This document shows, piece by piece, positions 36,541 through 49,355 of a DNA stretch of 64,000 bases. The number at the start of each line of letters is the position of its first letter. Position 1 is the first letter of the stretch. The stretch comes from Eledone cirrhosa (Eukaryota), in NCBI GenBank assembly GCA_964016885.1, contig OZ024740.1:417074001-417138000 (forward strand), in the 5' to 3' direction. The notes beneath the pieces are model-generated. The model did no database searches. It was not told the origin of the DNA and saw only the letters and a program-made list of their open reading frames with translations. Position numbers and translations under genes: made by a program.

Positions 36541-37089
36541 CAGGATAATAATAAAAAAAATAGTTTACCGATAATTCTTGGTATTTCAATAACTGACAAA
36601 CCCAGTTCACTTTAATGTAGTTATAGCTTCACCTACCTCCGTGTAGATTTTAGTCCATGTTGGAAAGTGTGTGGTCAACCAAAGGGGAGGTAAGCATGGA
36701 TAGAACTGAAATAAAAGAAAAGAGAGTATTCTGTTCAATGAGGTCTGATATGGGGTCAAACAATAACATAGTTTCTTACCCTCTTTCTCTCTCTTTCCCT
36801 ATCACCCCCTCTCTTTCACTCTCCCCCACCCTTTCTCTCATTCACATTTCTCCCACTCTGTCACTCACACTTCCCCCTCCCTGCCTTACTCTCTCACCCC
36901 CCCCCACACACACACTCTCTCTCATTTACACACACACCCTCTCTTTGGTTGGGAGTAATTGGTGTAACAGTTTTCACCAAGGACGGTAAGGTCTCGCATA
37001 TAAAATATAGTGAGTTAAAAAAATGTTAATTTACTGAATAAGTAAGCAAAACCCCTCTTTATGGCTGTTTAAAATCTAAAAACAACAAC

Positions 37090-37610
37090 CTTCTTCTTCA
37101 CCCACTTATTCCCGAGAGGGTCATTGGGGTAGAGGCCTCAAACACTCCTCCCAGCCGGTCCTGTCAGAAGTAACCATCTCCAACTTATCCGACTGGATCC
37201 CCAAGCGAGACCAGCCAAGCTCATGGATGTTATCCAACCATCTTGCTCGGGGTCTACTCCTGGGTCTCCTGTCGGTTGATGTTTTGCCCGTAAAATGTGT
37301 CCAGCAATTCTTTCCTGAGACATTCTAACCACATGTCCATAGTATCGGAGCTGTGATCTCTCAATTCAGAGATTCTTTCCTGAGACATTCTAACCACATG
37401 TCCATAGTATCGGAGCTGTGATCTCTCAATTCAGAGATTCTTTCCTGAGACATTCTAACCACATGTCCATAGTATCGGAGCTGTGATCTCTCAATTCAGA
37501 GACGTAGCGGCTCTACTTAGAGTAACTCTCTGATCTCCTGAGACATTCTAACCACATGTCCATAGTATCGGAGCTGTGATCTCTCAATTTGGAGAAGTGG
37601 CGGTTCTAAC
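37090..37610 (-). mobile_element. RTE 3' end with 65-bp internal tandem repeats
   Basis: YGHVVRMSQERIAG region repeated at 37307, 37372, 37437 and 37536. Confidence 0.8.
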
Positions 37611-37854
37611 TACTTTGGAAAAACAACCAAGGGAGATAACTCCAATAATATTTACCGAGCGAAGTTTTATGAAAAATGAAGACGATGCAGATACCTTTAA
37701 AGTCATCTTGTGAAGGTCGCGGATGTTTCGATCTCAAATCTCAGTGAAGCATGATCAAGGGTGATCAATATAGATAAATATAAAGAGGAGTGTATTGACA
37801 CTGATTGTGAATATCAATAATTGGGTAAAAAGACTCCCTACTATCACAAATAAC

Positions 37855-38120
37855 CATGGTTTTGCACCTAGAAAGTTCCCCTCCCGGGTACCAGTCTAGG
37901 CAAGGAGTTTTGTAGAAGACCAACAGTCACCCATACATACCAGTCTCTCCTCTTCACACCATCGACGTTGTCCAAAGGAAAGGCAATGGCCGAAACAGTT
38001 TGGCACCAGTGACGTCGCAACTCATTTCTACAGCTGAGTGAACTGGAGCAACATAGAATAAAGTGTCTTGCTCAAGGACACAATGCATCGCCCGGTCCGG
38101 GAGTCGAACTCACAACCACT
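37855..38120 (-). mobile_element. SINE family B (long-tail variant)
   Basis: Reverse complement of the 12308-12725 type. Confidence 0.8.
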
Positions 38121-38275
38121 AACCCATGTCTGAATTAATACACCTCCGAAGAGTATGCTGCAAGCTAAGTACATCTACAATAAGGTCTCACATATGAACT
38201 ACAGAGGATTGAAAACCTTCAATTAACTGAGACTATCCATGAAATCAGGAGTGGATACCCTAAGTTATTAAAAGA

Positions 38276-38344
<69 letters not shown>

Positions 38345-38346
<2 letters not shown>

Positions 38347-40161
38347 AGAGTTAAACAAGATTCAATGAGTACATCAATGAATGAGTTTTACAATAGATTG
38401 GAAGCACTCTACAGAAAATATTTTCCAGAGTTATTAATATTAATTCCAACTATTAACAAAATAGATATTCTTGTGATCAATTATATTTTATTATACATAT
38501 TTCAGAGGTACTGAATTAAGTTCAACAGTACGTCCTCATCAGATAAAATAAAATGATACATGACATACCCTGACATGGTAAATGGTTAAGATTTAATCAA
38601 GGTAGTGATTAACTTATGAGAAAACTCAATATTTATACCCTAATATTGAGAACATGAGAAAACGTAATATAATCAATAGAGAGAATGTGAGTAATATATT
38701 TTAAGAAATACATGGCATCAATGTAACAGTTATAGAATTTTTAATATTTAAAAAACTACTATAGAAATATGCGGGAGAGAAAAGCATAGAGGAGGACGTA
38801 GCTGATGTTATAACTTATTTAGTATTTAGCTTGAGAAGACAGATGACAGATAAATGAATTGGAGGTAAAACTACTAACAATGATTATAATCGCTATTTTT
38901 TATTAAATGTATACCGTTTCATTAATACCTAGTATATCTATATATAGTTTGTACAAATATCTTTATCTAGTATAATAACATAATCGTAGTTACATTTATA
39001 TAAAACTACTAACAAAGATTATAATTGTTATTCTTTATTAAATGTATACCGTTTCATTAATACCTAGTATATCTATATATAGTTGGTACAAATATTTTTA
39101 TCTAAGGTAATAACATAATCGTAGTTACATTTATATAAATAATTTAAACACTCAAATGACATTATTATAAGTGTTTGGTTTTCCCTGGAAGGTCGAACTT
39201 ATATAATCATTTACTTAACACAATATATGAACAAATAATAAATTATAGTCTTGGTATATTATGATCAATACACACATATATATAGCTGAAAACTCTGACT
39301 TCTTTAAGTTTAATTATAAGACCTGTTAATACTTTAGGCACTCTAACTATTTAACAATAAATTCTTTAATATGTAAATATCTCATATTTAATATGTAAAT
39401 ATCTCATAAATTATATTATAGAAACTGTTGTCAATATTATAAGTAATTTTGTTAAAGATTACCTTTGTGGGATATCGAACATTATATATATTTTTTCTTT
39501 CTTTCGCGGGTTTCTTAAATCCTTTAAATTTGTCTTCATAAAATTAGAATTTTAGAAATTTAACATAATTATATTATAATATTAATACAAATACCCATCA
39601 ACTTTTAAAACCTAAAATTTGATTCTTTACCCTGAAATAACATAAATTAAATATTTTGAAAATTAACCGCCAACTCTATATGAATCTGTGTATGTAGAAA
39701 CTTGAGCATAAATTACTCCCCTTTGTCTCTCTCTCTTTTTATTTATCTTTCATTTGTCTTCTCAAGCTAAATACTAAATAAGTTATAACATCAGCTACGT
39801 TTTCCTCTATGCTTTCCTCTCCCGCATATTTCTATAGTAGTTTTTTAAATATTAAAAATTCTATAACTGTTACATTGATGCCATGTATTTCTTAAAATAT
39901 ATTACTCACACTCTCTCTATTGATTATATTACGTTTTCTCATGTTCTCAATATTAGGGTATAAATATTGAGTTTTCTCTTAAGTTAATCACTACCTTGAT
40001 TAAATCTTAACCATCTACCATGTCAGGGTATGTCATGTATCATTTTATTTTATCTGATGAGGACGTACTGTTGAACTTAATTCAGTACCTCTGAAATATG
40101 TATAATAAAATATAATTGATCACAAGAATATCTATTTTGTTAATAGTTGGAATTAATATTA
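38345..40161. mobile_element. Penelope-like pLTR remnant with ~420-bp inverted repeats, between (TA)n tracts
   Basis: 38435-38855 is the reverse complement of 39742-40161 with few mismatches; each arm holds a hammerhead motif; 135-bp tandem duplication at 38867-39139 lies between the arms. Confidence 0.7.
40048..40110 (+). ncRNA. Type I hammerhead ribozyme motif (mirror copy on minus strand 38486-38548)
   Basis: TTTTAT-CTGATGA-stem II (GTACTG...CAGTAC)-GAAA-TATGTA-TA-ATAAAA; stem I TTTTAT/ATAAAA. Confidence 0.65.
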
Positions 40162-40176
40162 TATATATATATATAT

Positions 40177-41224
40177 ATAAAGAAAAAGAGATGAAATCGA
40201 AAATGCAACTGGAGTCTTATTTTTTTTTTAAATATATATATTTATTTGGTTCCTTTACCGGTTTCGCAGTTCTTCTGCTTTTCAAAAGGTGAGTTGAGAT
40301 GGAGCCTCTGTGGTTTTTCTCACATCTGGTTGGTCTCTGAATGTTACTTGTTTTATATGGAAAAAGTGGCTCGAAATGCCAGGTTTTTCGAGAAGTAATT
40401 CGCGCCAGTTCGCGTTACAATAGTTCTTCAAATAAGAGAGGGGGTTGTCACAGGTTGTTTTTTCATATATGAGTGTTTGAATTTCTTTTTACTTGAAAAA
40501 AGGAGGCTCAGGAAGGCTTTTTTTTTTGGTTGGTTATAAATGAAATTATGGCTGTCACGTGAACAAATTTTCATTAAATTTTTGTGCCCTTATTTGGAAA
40601 TCCATTCTGTAGCCTTTTTAGAGAATTTTTTGATAAAAAGATAATGGTCAAGAGAAAGGGATGGGACATTATCTTTTTATCAAAAAATTCTCTAAAAAGG
40701 CTACAGAATGGATTTCCAAATAAGGGCACAAAAATTTAATGAAAATTTGTTCACGTGACAGCCATAATTTCATTTATAACCAACCAAAAAAAAGCCTTCG
40801 TGAGCCTCCTTTTTTCAAGTAAAAAGAAATTCAAACACTCATATATGAAAAAACAACCTGTGACAACCCCCCCCCCTCTTATTTGAAGAACTATTGTAAC
40901 GCGAATTGGCGCGAAATTTATTATAATTATTGACAAACCAATCAAATTACTTCTCGAAAAACCTGGCATTTCGAGCCACTTTTTCCATATAAAACAAGTA
41001 ACATTCAGAGACCAACCAGATGTGAGAAAAACCACAGACCCTCCATCTCAACTCACCTTTTGAAAAGCAGAAGAACTGCGAAACCGGTAAAGGAACCAAA
41101 TAAATATATATATTTAAAAAAAAAATAAGACTCCAGTTGCATTTTCGATTTCATCTCTTTTTCTTTATACTTTCACTCGTGTAGGACACCTCGGTTATTT
41201 TTCATTTTGTAAAAAAGACCTCAC

Positions 41225-41230
<6 letters not shown>
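40177..41230. mobile_element. ~1-kb fold-back of a Penelope-like pLTR
   Basis: 40177-40646 is the reverse complement of 40667-41168 (20-nt loop, ~30-bp indel); contains variant minimal hammerhead CCTT-TTGAAAA-GCAG..CTGC-GAAA-CCGG-TA-AAGG at 41056-41093; flanked by (TA)n. Confidence 0.7.
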
Positions 41231-41305
<75 letters not shown>

Positions 41306-41502
41306 CGTGTAGATAAATCTACCAAAAAGTACGGTAGTGTCCAATCCGTATGAAGAACTCAATGTAATCCAAATATCATGAAAAGAGAAGATGTATTCAA
41401 AACTTTTTTTCGATGAAAAACACAGGAAAACAGAGTCAAGATAAATTAATAAAAATAATGAATAAAAACAAAGAAACAGTTTCTTATATTAAAAAATTCA
41501 GC

Positions 41503-41630
41503 ATTTTACGATCGTTTCTAGGATATATATGTGTGTGTTGGTATGTATATCATATAGATCTATGTAAAATGTTTACAAACTATCAGAGGGAATATACATA
41601 CCTACCCATATATATGCTGTCTTCAGAAAT
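41503..41630 (-). ncRNA. Hammerhead ribozyme motif with long stem II
   Basis: ATTT-CTGAAGA-[~100 nt with ATATATATG..GGTATGTATAT pairing to ATATACATACC..CATATATAT]-GAAA-CGATCG-TA-AAAT. Confidence 0.6.
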
Positions 41631-42366
41631 AATGATATTTGTTTATTGAAAAAAACCAACAAAGATTTAATATAATAGGTCTGTTTGGGAACAGGTTTTG
41701 AATTGACCAATAGAAAGGTAGTAAGTGGTCAATATGGTAGAATAGTAGTAATGGAACTTTAATTTAGGGGTAGAGGAAAGCAGATTTCAGTTTTGAATGG
41801 AATGAGTATATTGAATGAAAAGATTATTTTGGGGATGAAAATAGGTCAAGTCGGTAAAAAGTACACGAAAATTTGATGTTATAAAAGAATAATGCTAATG
41901 TAAATATCTAAGGAGAATAAAATTTTACGATAAATGTGTTAGTGAAAAATATCAATCTTATTTAAAACATAAGGAATTTACATCTATAAAAAGAAAATAA
42001 ATTAATTAAATTGATAGGTATATTTATATTGATAAATTTATATTAATTCGTATAGATATGATAAATAAGAGTTAGATGTAATTGAAGAATGTTGTTAAAA
42101 ACGAAGGGAAAATAAGAAAATAATAATAATAATTATTGGGGGGGGGGGATGTATTAGTGAGAAATAACAAATTTATATAGATTATAAGGAATATAGACTC
42201 ATAACCTGAAATTAAAATAGTTTATATGTATACTTACTGGTATAAATTTTAGGAAAAGATAGCTGTAAAAGGGAAATAAAATTATGCAGTTCATTAGTAG
42301 TAGAATATTAATTATAGGTTAACTAATTTTAAAAAAGTGTTATTATAATAATTTGTAAAGTGTATA

Positions 42367-44135
42367 TTAATTAGGTTTATAATATTTAAAAGCTCTTCTC
42401 ATTTTATGATTACATGATATAATTAATTCCTGTCGCTTATTTAATAGGATATCCTTAGATTTCATTATTTCAAAAAGTTCCTGGGAACATAATTTACATT
42501 CATATCTATTATTTTGATAAGGAGTGGCCCTTTTGAGCACACTCCAGGTCAGGTTATAATCTATATTCCTTTTTCTATAATTATTTATTATTTCAGCTAA
42601 GGATGTTGTATTAGCTAATGCGGCATTTTTAAAACTGTGTTTGTGGGTATAAATCTTACTTTAAATTGGTTAGAAGTAGCTCCTATATATGAATAAGTTG
42701 AGTCCTCAGTGTTAATTTTACATTTATATACTATGTTATTAATAAGGCAATTTCCTTTTAATGGGCAATTTGCTTTGTTTCTACAGTTACAACCTTTCGT
42801 GAATGTTGTATCAGAGGAGATAGTCAAATTAGGTGTGGAATTTTCTCGACTTGTTGTATGTGAATGAGATGGTGGTTTGCTGTGGTTTATTTTAGTATTA
42901 TGGTTAGTTTGATGTATTGGTGGTATATTCATGGTTTTTTTACATTTATATGCATTATAGGCACTTATATTTTGTTGTATATTTTTGGTTGTTGAGTAGG
43001 AGAATTTAACCGTTGATCTATTTAAAATTTGATGGTATTTATGGTTTGGCGGGAAGTTTTTCTCTAGGATAGTAAAAAAATTTAGGTATATTATCTTTAA
43101 TTTGTAGATTAAATGGAGCATTATACCAAGTAACTCGTCTATTACGGTTTCGATGTTGTTTATTATTTTTATAGGATGTATCCTGATGTTTATTAAGAGA
43201 ATTAGTATTAGTGATTTTATTACACATATTTTTAGTTAGATTCATTGATTTAGGAGTTTTAGCCTGTTTATTAGGAATTTTGTTATTAGCATATATTGGA
43301 ATATTAGGATGAATGGTTTTTTGAAAGTTACTATATTGTATATTAGAAGAGTTAGAGAAATTAAGTTTTATGTTGGTATTTTGGGGTATAGTGTGAGTGG
43401 CATTTAGGTGTGTATATTTCATTTGGTGTTTGTTGGTAATATTGGGTTGTATGTTTGTAGTGTTATTGGTACAAGGTATATATACTAATTTGTTTTTGTG
43501 GCCGCTTCTAGCTAAAGCTTCGTTATAAAAGGTCTCATTTTTATCAAATACATCCTGGTTAGACGAAAGGTTAGAAATTCTGAGTGAGATATTATATGCT
43601 AGGTTTTTAAGGATAGATTTAGGGTGATTAGATTGTGAGTGTATGTAATGTAAGTTTTGGTTAGGTTTATGGTAAGGTTGGTAGATACCCGTAGATAAGT
43701 CTAATGTTATATCAAGGAAATTAACTACTTTACTTGTGTTTTCAAATGTAATATCGAGACTATAATAGTCTTTGAGGAAAGTTCTAATAAGTTTTTTGTT
43801 TTTTTTCAATTTGTGATAGGCTAAGGTTATTGGAAAGAAGAAGACAGTCGTCACGATATAAACCACCTTTAAGGTGGGGGAAAGAAGCATTTATGTTAAA
43901 TAGAAGAAAGAGGCCCACAAGATCGGTAATTTGGGCAGAATCACTAGCGCCCATAGTAATGTCGAATAGATTACTAAATGTATTTCTGGTCCAGTATTCT
44001 TTCTGAAATTCCAGTAGTGTTTGTCTAGCATGTGTGATAATATTAATGTCATCCATTGTTAAGTTTGATCTATTTTTGGCAAATATCAAGGCTTTGTTCA
44101 GAAGTATAGGTGATATAGAGGAATAATAAGCATCT
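42367..44135 (-). pseudogene. RT + GIY-YIG endonuclease polyprotein, three frameshifts
   Basis: ORF pieces 44149-43784, 43890-43039 and 43121-42615, plus a manually read final frame ending near 42367. Confidence 0.85.
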
Positions 44136-44502
44136 ATATATATATACACATAACTTAGACATTATTTTCCCACCTTGTAGAAGTCTTATAACAAAACGAT
44201 CGTATGGAAAGAAAGGGAGATTTATTTCATTATGTCTCATATAAAATAATACAGCCAACTATCCACGAAATACAATATAGTTAGCACCCAAACGTATAAT
44301 TGGGATTATACTCAGGTATATCCTAATGTTTGTTTAGTGAGATGGGAGTTGGTCGGAGTATCGCTAAAAGCTTTCTCTGTTAATGTATTAAGTATTATAC
44401 TCTTGGATGGCCAGATATGAAAATTCCAGATATTTAGGAATGACTATCTTTATTTATTCTTTATATGAAATATTGATTGTTTCTTCCTGTATCTCATGTC
44501 TG

Positions 44503-44569
<67 letters not shown>

Positions 44570-44795
44570 GTGTGTGCCTGTAAAAGGTAAACAGAAATAA
44601 CAAAACAAACGGCACAGTATAAGGAAGTAGTATATTAGTTTAACGCTTGAAATAGCAGGAAGAGGGTCTTAACGTGTCGGTCTCTAGTCCTTCATCAGAA
44701 GAAAGAAAGAGAAATTAGAAAGATTGAAGGGACGGGTGGGTTGGAATTGAAAAACATGTTTTTAGAGAAAAATAACAAGTCCATTCATGTTTCCA

Positions 44796-44948
<153 letters not shown>

Positions 44949-45171
44949 ATATGTACAATAAATTATATATGTATGCTTAACGTTAGTTATGTTGTACGTA
45001 AGTTATAAATTAGTACACTATACACTGTATCATTTAGATTCGTAGGAATTCGTGACTTCACTTATAATAAATAGCGAACATGTGCTAGTGTTGTGTTGGT
45101 AAGTGTTGCATGTATCTATGACATCAGAGACATAGTTTCTGTCTATAGATAGATAAGTGGGTGGATAGATT

Positions 45172-45440
45172 GATATCTTTATTTATTTGCCACAGGGGCA
45201 TACAAAAATGGGACATTACAAGTCGTGACGGCGGGGATTTTACATAAAAATCATATAACTTTAACATTAATAAATAACAATAAACTATATATAATAAAAT
45301 AACAATTGAAATCCCCAATAGGGGGGAACGTTACTGCAGGGTTGTTTTACACCCCGTCGATAGGACAACCCTCAACACCAGCAACACGTTTTGTAGGTGT
45401 TCCTGTCTTCCCTCTGTTCATCTTCTTCAACCTACAGGTT
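45172..45440 (-). mobile_element. Tx1-like LINE 3' UTR fragment
   Basis: Ends CCCCTGTGGCAAATAAATAAAGATATC; 3' UTR hairpin present; abuts (GATA)n. Confidence 0.75.
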
Positions 45441-45516
<76 letters not shown>

Positions 45517-45517
<1 letters not shown>

Positions 45518-45655
45518 TTCTTTATTAGCCACAGGGGCACAAAAGAAGGGGACAAATACAAAGGGGGAAGTTTACATACAATAAAAACGTGTAAAATGTT
45601 ATCACAGATGGAATTTAAAAGTTAGTCGATTTTCCCCAATAGAGGGAGACAGTTT
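45517..45655 (-). mobile_element. Tx1-like LINE 3' UTR fragment
   Basis: Ends CCCCTGTGGCTAATAAAGAAATC(TATC)n; GATA repeats on both sides. Confidence 0.78.
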
Positions 45656-45892
45656 ATATAGATAGATAGATAGATAGATTTCTTTATTTACCATAAAGGC
45701 ATAAAAAGAAGGAACAAATACAAAGGGGGAGTTTACATAAAATCGAGTAAAAAGGGTATAAAATGAAAATAATCGAAAACAACCTCAAAAGGGAGGGGAC
45801 GTGATGGGGTTGCACACACCCCCGAAAAAGTGTGCAATCCTTTGCCCGGGGAGCACATGGAGAAGGTGCTCCCCTCTCCTTCACTTCTTTAC

Positions 45893-48800
45893 CTACAGGA
45901 TGGTATACAGAGAAGGCCCATTTACACGAGCCATTCTCGCCACTATCACCCACCTTTCATAAAACTGCCTGTGGCCAAGCACCTCTCTCTCCATTCTTAT
46001 CCTTCTTCCGAAGTGATATCGGAAGAAGTAGACCAGACTATGGCCAGAGAGGAAGTTGCCTGACCTCAGATCTTTCAATCGTGTCCACCAAACAACCTCT
46101 TTCAACATGGCTATTACGTACAGAAAAACCGCCTTTGCTTCCTTTGTGAAGAGGGGAGGCGGCTTGATTGTCATCACGGATTCGGCGGTCAATTTAATCG
46201 GCGCCACCCGCGACAGCAGTCGTTCGGCGTAGCCCCACAGATCAGCCACGCCCGGACATTGCACCAATGCGTGCGCAACGGTTTCTTCGTGACGCATGCA
46301 TCTAGGGCCAATTTTTTTCGAGGGATCCCTGCCCGGGCACCCGTGTCTGTAGAGCCTCTCTCGAACGGGTAGAGCCCCCCGGTAGCACTGCCAGGCTAGT
46401 GACTTCTGGAAGTTGTCCATTGGTCCTGGGCCGAAAGTCCTACCGAACAGGCTGGCCAGTTCGTCCTCTTCCATGTCCAGCGACTCTCCAAGGGTGTCAT
46501 CGCCCCTGCTAGCCACCAGCCCTCTATAGAATGATGAGGTGGATTCTCCACCGATGGCCTGGCCCGCTTGCCAGAGAGCCCTGAGCGTCTGGGCACACCC
46601 AGTCTCCCAGTTTTCCGGATTTTTGCTTGACCCAGGACTGCAGCTCGGTGAGCGAGACGAGTCTCGGAAAGGCTCGTTTCACGAACGGAGCCCACACCGG
46701 TTGACCAGTGAGGAATACCTGTAGGTGCCGTAGCCTTATTGCGTGCCTACGCATCATCAACCACGGCATCCCCAGCCCTCCTTTCGAAGGTTGTTGGCAG
46801 CAGATAGATCTTCTCACCATAGGAGGGCGCTTCTTCCAAAGAAATTGGAAGAGCATGCGTTCCATGGTGGTGAGTGTTTCCTTAGGGCAAGGCACGACAG
46901 TCAGGCGGTAGTAAGTGACGGACGCTATGTAAATGTTCGCCACCTCCGCCCGACCTTTTAGGGACAGCTTACACTTGGCCCATTTCTGGGTTAGTGCAAA
47001 CACCTTGTTCGTAACCTCGTCCCAGTTCTTTTCCACCTGGAGGTCCGGTCCAAACCAGACCCCAAGCAACTTCACCGGGCCCTCCGTTAAGTGTCCGACG
47101 ACACCGTCGGGAGGCATCGGTCTGCCTCTCCACGTTCCGAGTTGCAGCCCGATGGATTTTTCCCGGTTCAGTTTCGCTCCTGACAACCTTTCGTAATCCT
47201 CCAGTAAGGTACCGATCGCCTCGATCTCCGAGTCGGTCAATACCATTACTGTTACGTCATCGGCGTAGGCCGACACCGCTTTGCTCAATCCTGGTTCCAG
47301 GGGGATACCCTGCAACAACTCCAACTTCCTCAGTAAAGGCTCGAGAGTCAATACGTACAGAAGGGAGGAGAGAGGGCACCCCTGTCGAATGGATCGTGTG
47401 ATTTCGAACGGCTTCGAAAGGTAGCCGTTCACCTTGATCCTAGAACAGATGTGGTTGCTATGTAAGGCAGTGATCCAGCCTCTGAAAACAGGACCGAACC
47501 CAGCCGCCGCTAGCACCGCATCCAGGTAACCATGGTCGACCCTATCGAAGGCCTTAGACTGATCCAAGTTGATCAGGGCCCCACCGAAGCCGGGTTTGTT
47601 GCCAACCCTCTCTATGATGTATCGCATGAGGTGGAGGTTATCGTGAATGGACCTGGATGGGATAGCACATGTCTGCGCATCTCCCACCAGGCCACCCACG
47701 ACAAGCGCCAACCTCTTGCTAACACCTTGGCCAAAATCTTTAACTCTGTGTTTAGCAGAGTTATGGGCCGAAAATTATTTATACTATCCCCCTTGTTCTC
47801 GTCCTTCCTCACCAGCGAGACTACGCCCTTGGCTACAGAACAAGGAATTCTCCCGTTCTGCTGCCAATTGCAGTAGACCGCTTCGAGGAGTTCGGAGAAG
47901 AAGACCGGCATTGCTAAATAAAGTTCGTAAGGTATACCATCGAGACCTGGAGATTTGCGTCTGCTGCATTGGCTCAGCGCATCCCCGATCTCATCAGCCG
48001 AGATTGGTCCCTCACAGGACTCTCTGCCTCTTCGCTCGAGAGACGCGGCAGGCCGTCGAGGTATGGACCGAAAACCACGTCCCCGCCCGGACCCTCGCCT
48101 CCCCCGAATAATCGGGTAAAGTGCCTTTGAAAGGCCTCGCACATCTGCTTAAGCTCCCGGATCACCCGTCCATCCTCGTCTTGCAAAGACCGGATGGTGG
48201 ATCGATTTCCACTCTTAGCTTCTGCCACGCGGGCCCAGCCAACGGCTTTGGCCCCCTCATTACCTAGAGCACGTATTTTACTTCGAATGACGCAGCCTTC
48301 GTGCTTTGCATCGAAAAACTGGTTCAACGCCGTCCTCGATGCCAGCACTCTGGCCACATCTTCGCTCTTGATTGCCTCTTCTAATTTACCTGTTAATTCT
48401 TTCTCGTTTCTATTCCTATCGGCAGCTAACATCTTGCTATAACTTATTGATTCTGTTCTAATCTCTCTTTTGAGAGATGCCCACCATCGGTTGTTGACGA
48501 TTGCACCCGTCAACCTCTCCTTAACTAATCTGCTAATCCGGTTTCTGTAAGTCTCTTTTGCCGGTAAAGACAAATTAAGTTTCCAGTAACCGGGATCCTG
48601 TTTATGTGTTTTCTCGAGATTGACTACGCAGGTCACTAATTTGTGATCCGTATAGCCAACCGTGAGCATTTCTGGACAGCTTAATATGTCCCTATCCTTA
48701 CTTCTAACTAAGAATCTATCTAAGTACGATCTAGATTGACCACTATGGTTCGTCCAAGTCCAGGTTGGTACAGTTGGAAAATCTAGTCGATATCTATCGA

Positions 48801-49322
48801 CCAAGTTAAAACGGTCGAGTAACCCCTTGAGGCTGTTACACCCCCCTCTATTAGGACATGCTCCTGCATAGTCCCAACGTGCATCTAGGATGTCATTCCA
48901 ATCCCCGCTAGAAGCAGGGAACGCGACGTTCCCAGAAAAGTCTCCAAACGCTGGAAGAAGTCGGGACGTTCAGCTCTGAAAGGGGAGTAGACGGCGACAA
49001 GTCTCAAGGCCGCACCTTCACTACTGCCAACGTCTAGCACCAACAAACGACCCTCCGGGTCCGAGTGAACAGCCTGTACGGCGAGACCCAGGTGTTTTTC
49101 CAGCAGTACGACAACCCCACCCCCACCTCCAGGTTGACAGAGAGATGCATGCACCTCAAAGTCATCGAAGGTAGGGGTCAGCTGCCGCACGACGCTGATC
49201 CGAGTCTCACAGATAACCATTACATTTATACCACGTGACCTGAGGTCATTTAGAAGCTTTGCTTGCTTCCAAGTTGAGCCCAGGCCACGTGCATTCAAAC
49301 ATCCTACTCTTAACACATCCAT
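45893..49322 (-). pseudogene. ORF2 (AP endonuclease-RT-zinc finger), frameshifted
   Basis: Pieces 49322-48885, 48804-47974, 48142-47612, 47711-46524 and 46516-45893. Confidence 0.9.
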
Positions 49323-49355
49323 GTGAGCGGCAAAGCCAAAGGAGAGTGTAGAGAC

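Larger units (their letters stand above)
41310..44140 (-). mobile_element. Penelope-like retroelement, Naiad-type (5' truncated)
   Basis: RT DAYYSSI, FDITMGASDSAQITDLVG, GLYRDD, FLDITLDL, YHKP..SNHP; CNCRNKANCPLKGNC; GIY-YIG IVYKC..YIGAT; C-terminal CKLC..LLNKRQEL..CNH; downstream pLTR with hammerhead. Confidence 0.88.

Noticed and set aside
42367-44135. Selenoprotein-type Naiad (in-frame UGA plus SECIS)
   Set aside because: The conserved Cys positions I could read are ordinary Cys codons; disruptions are frameshifts; no SECIS recognised.
44168-44206. Additional hammerhead (CCA-CCTTGTAGA..AAAACGATCGTATGG)
   Set aside because: Both core boxes are mutated; only the palindromic stem III matches.
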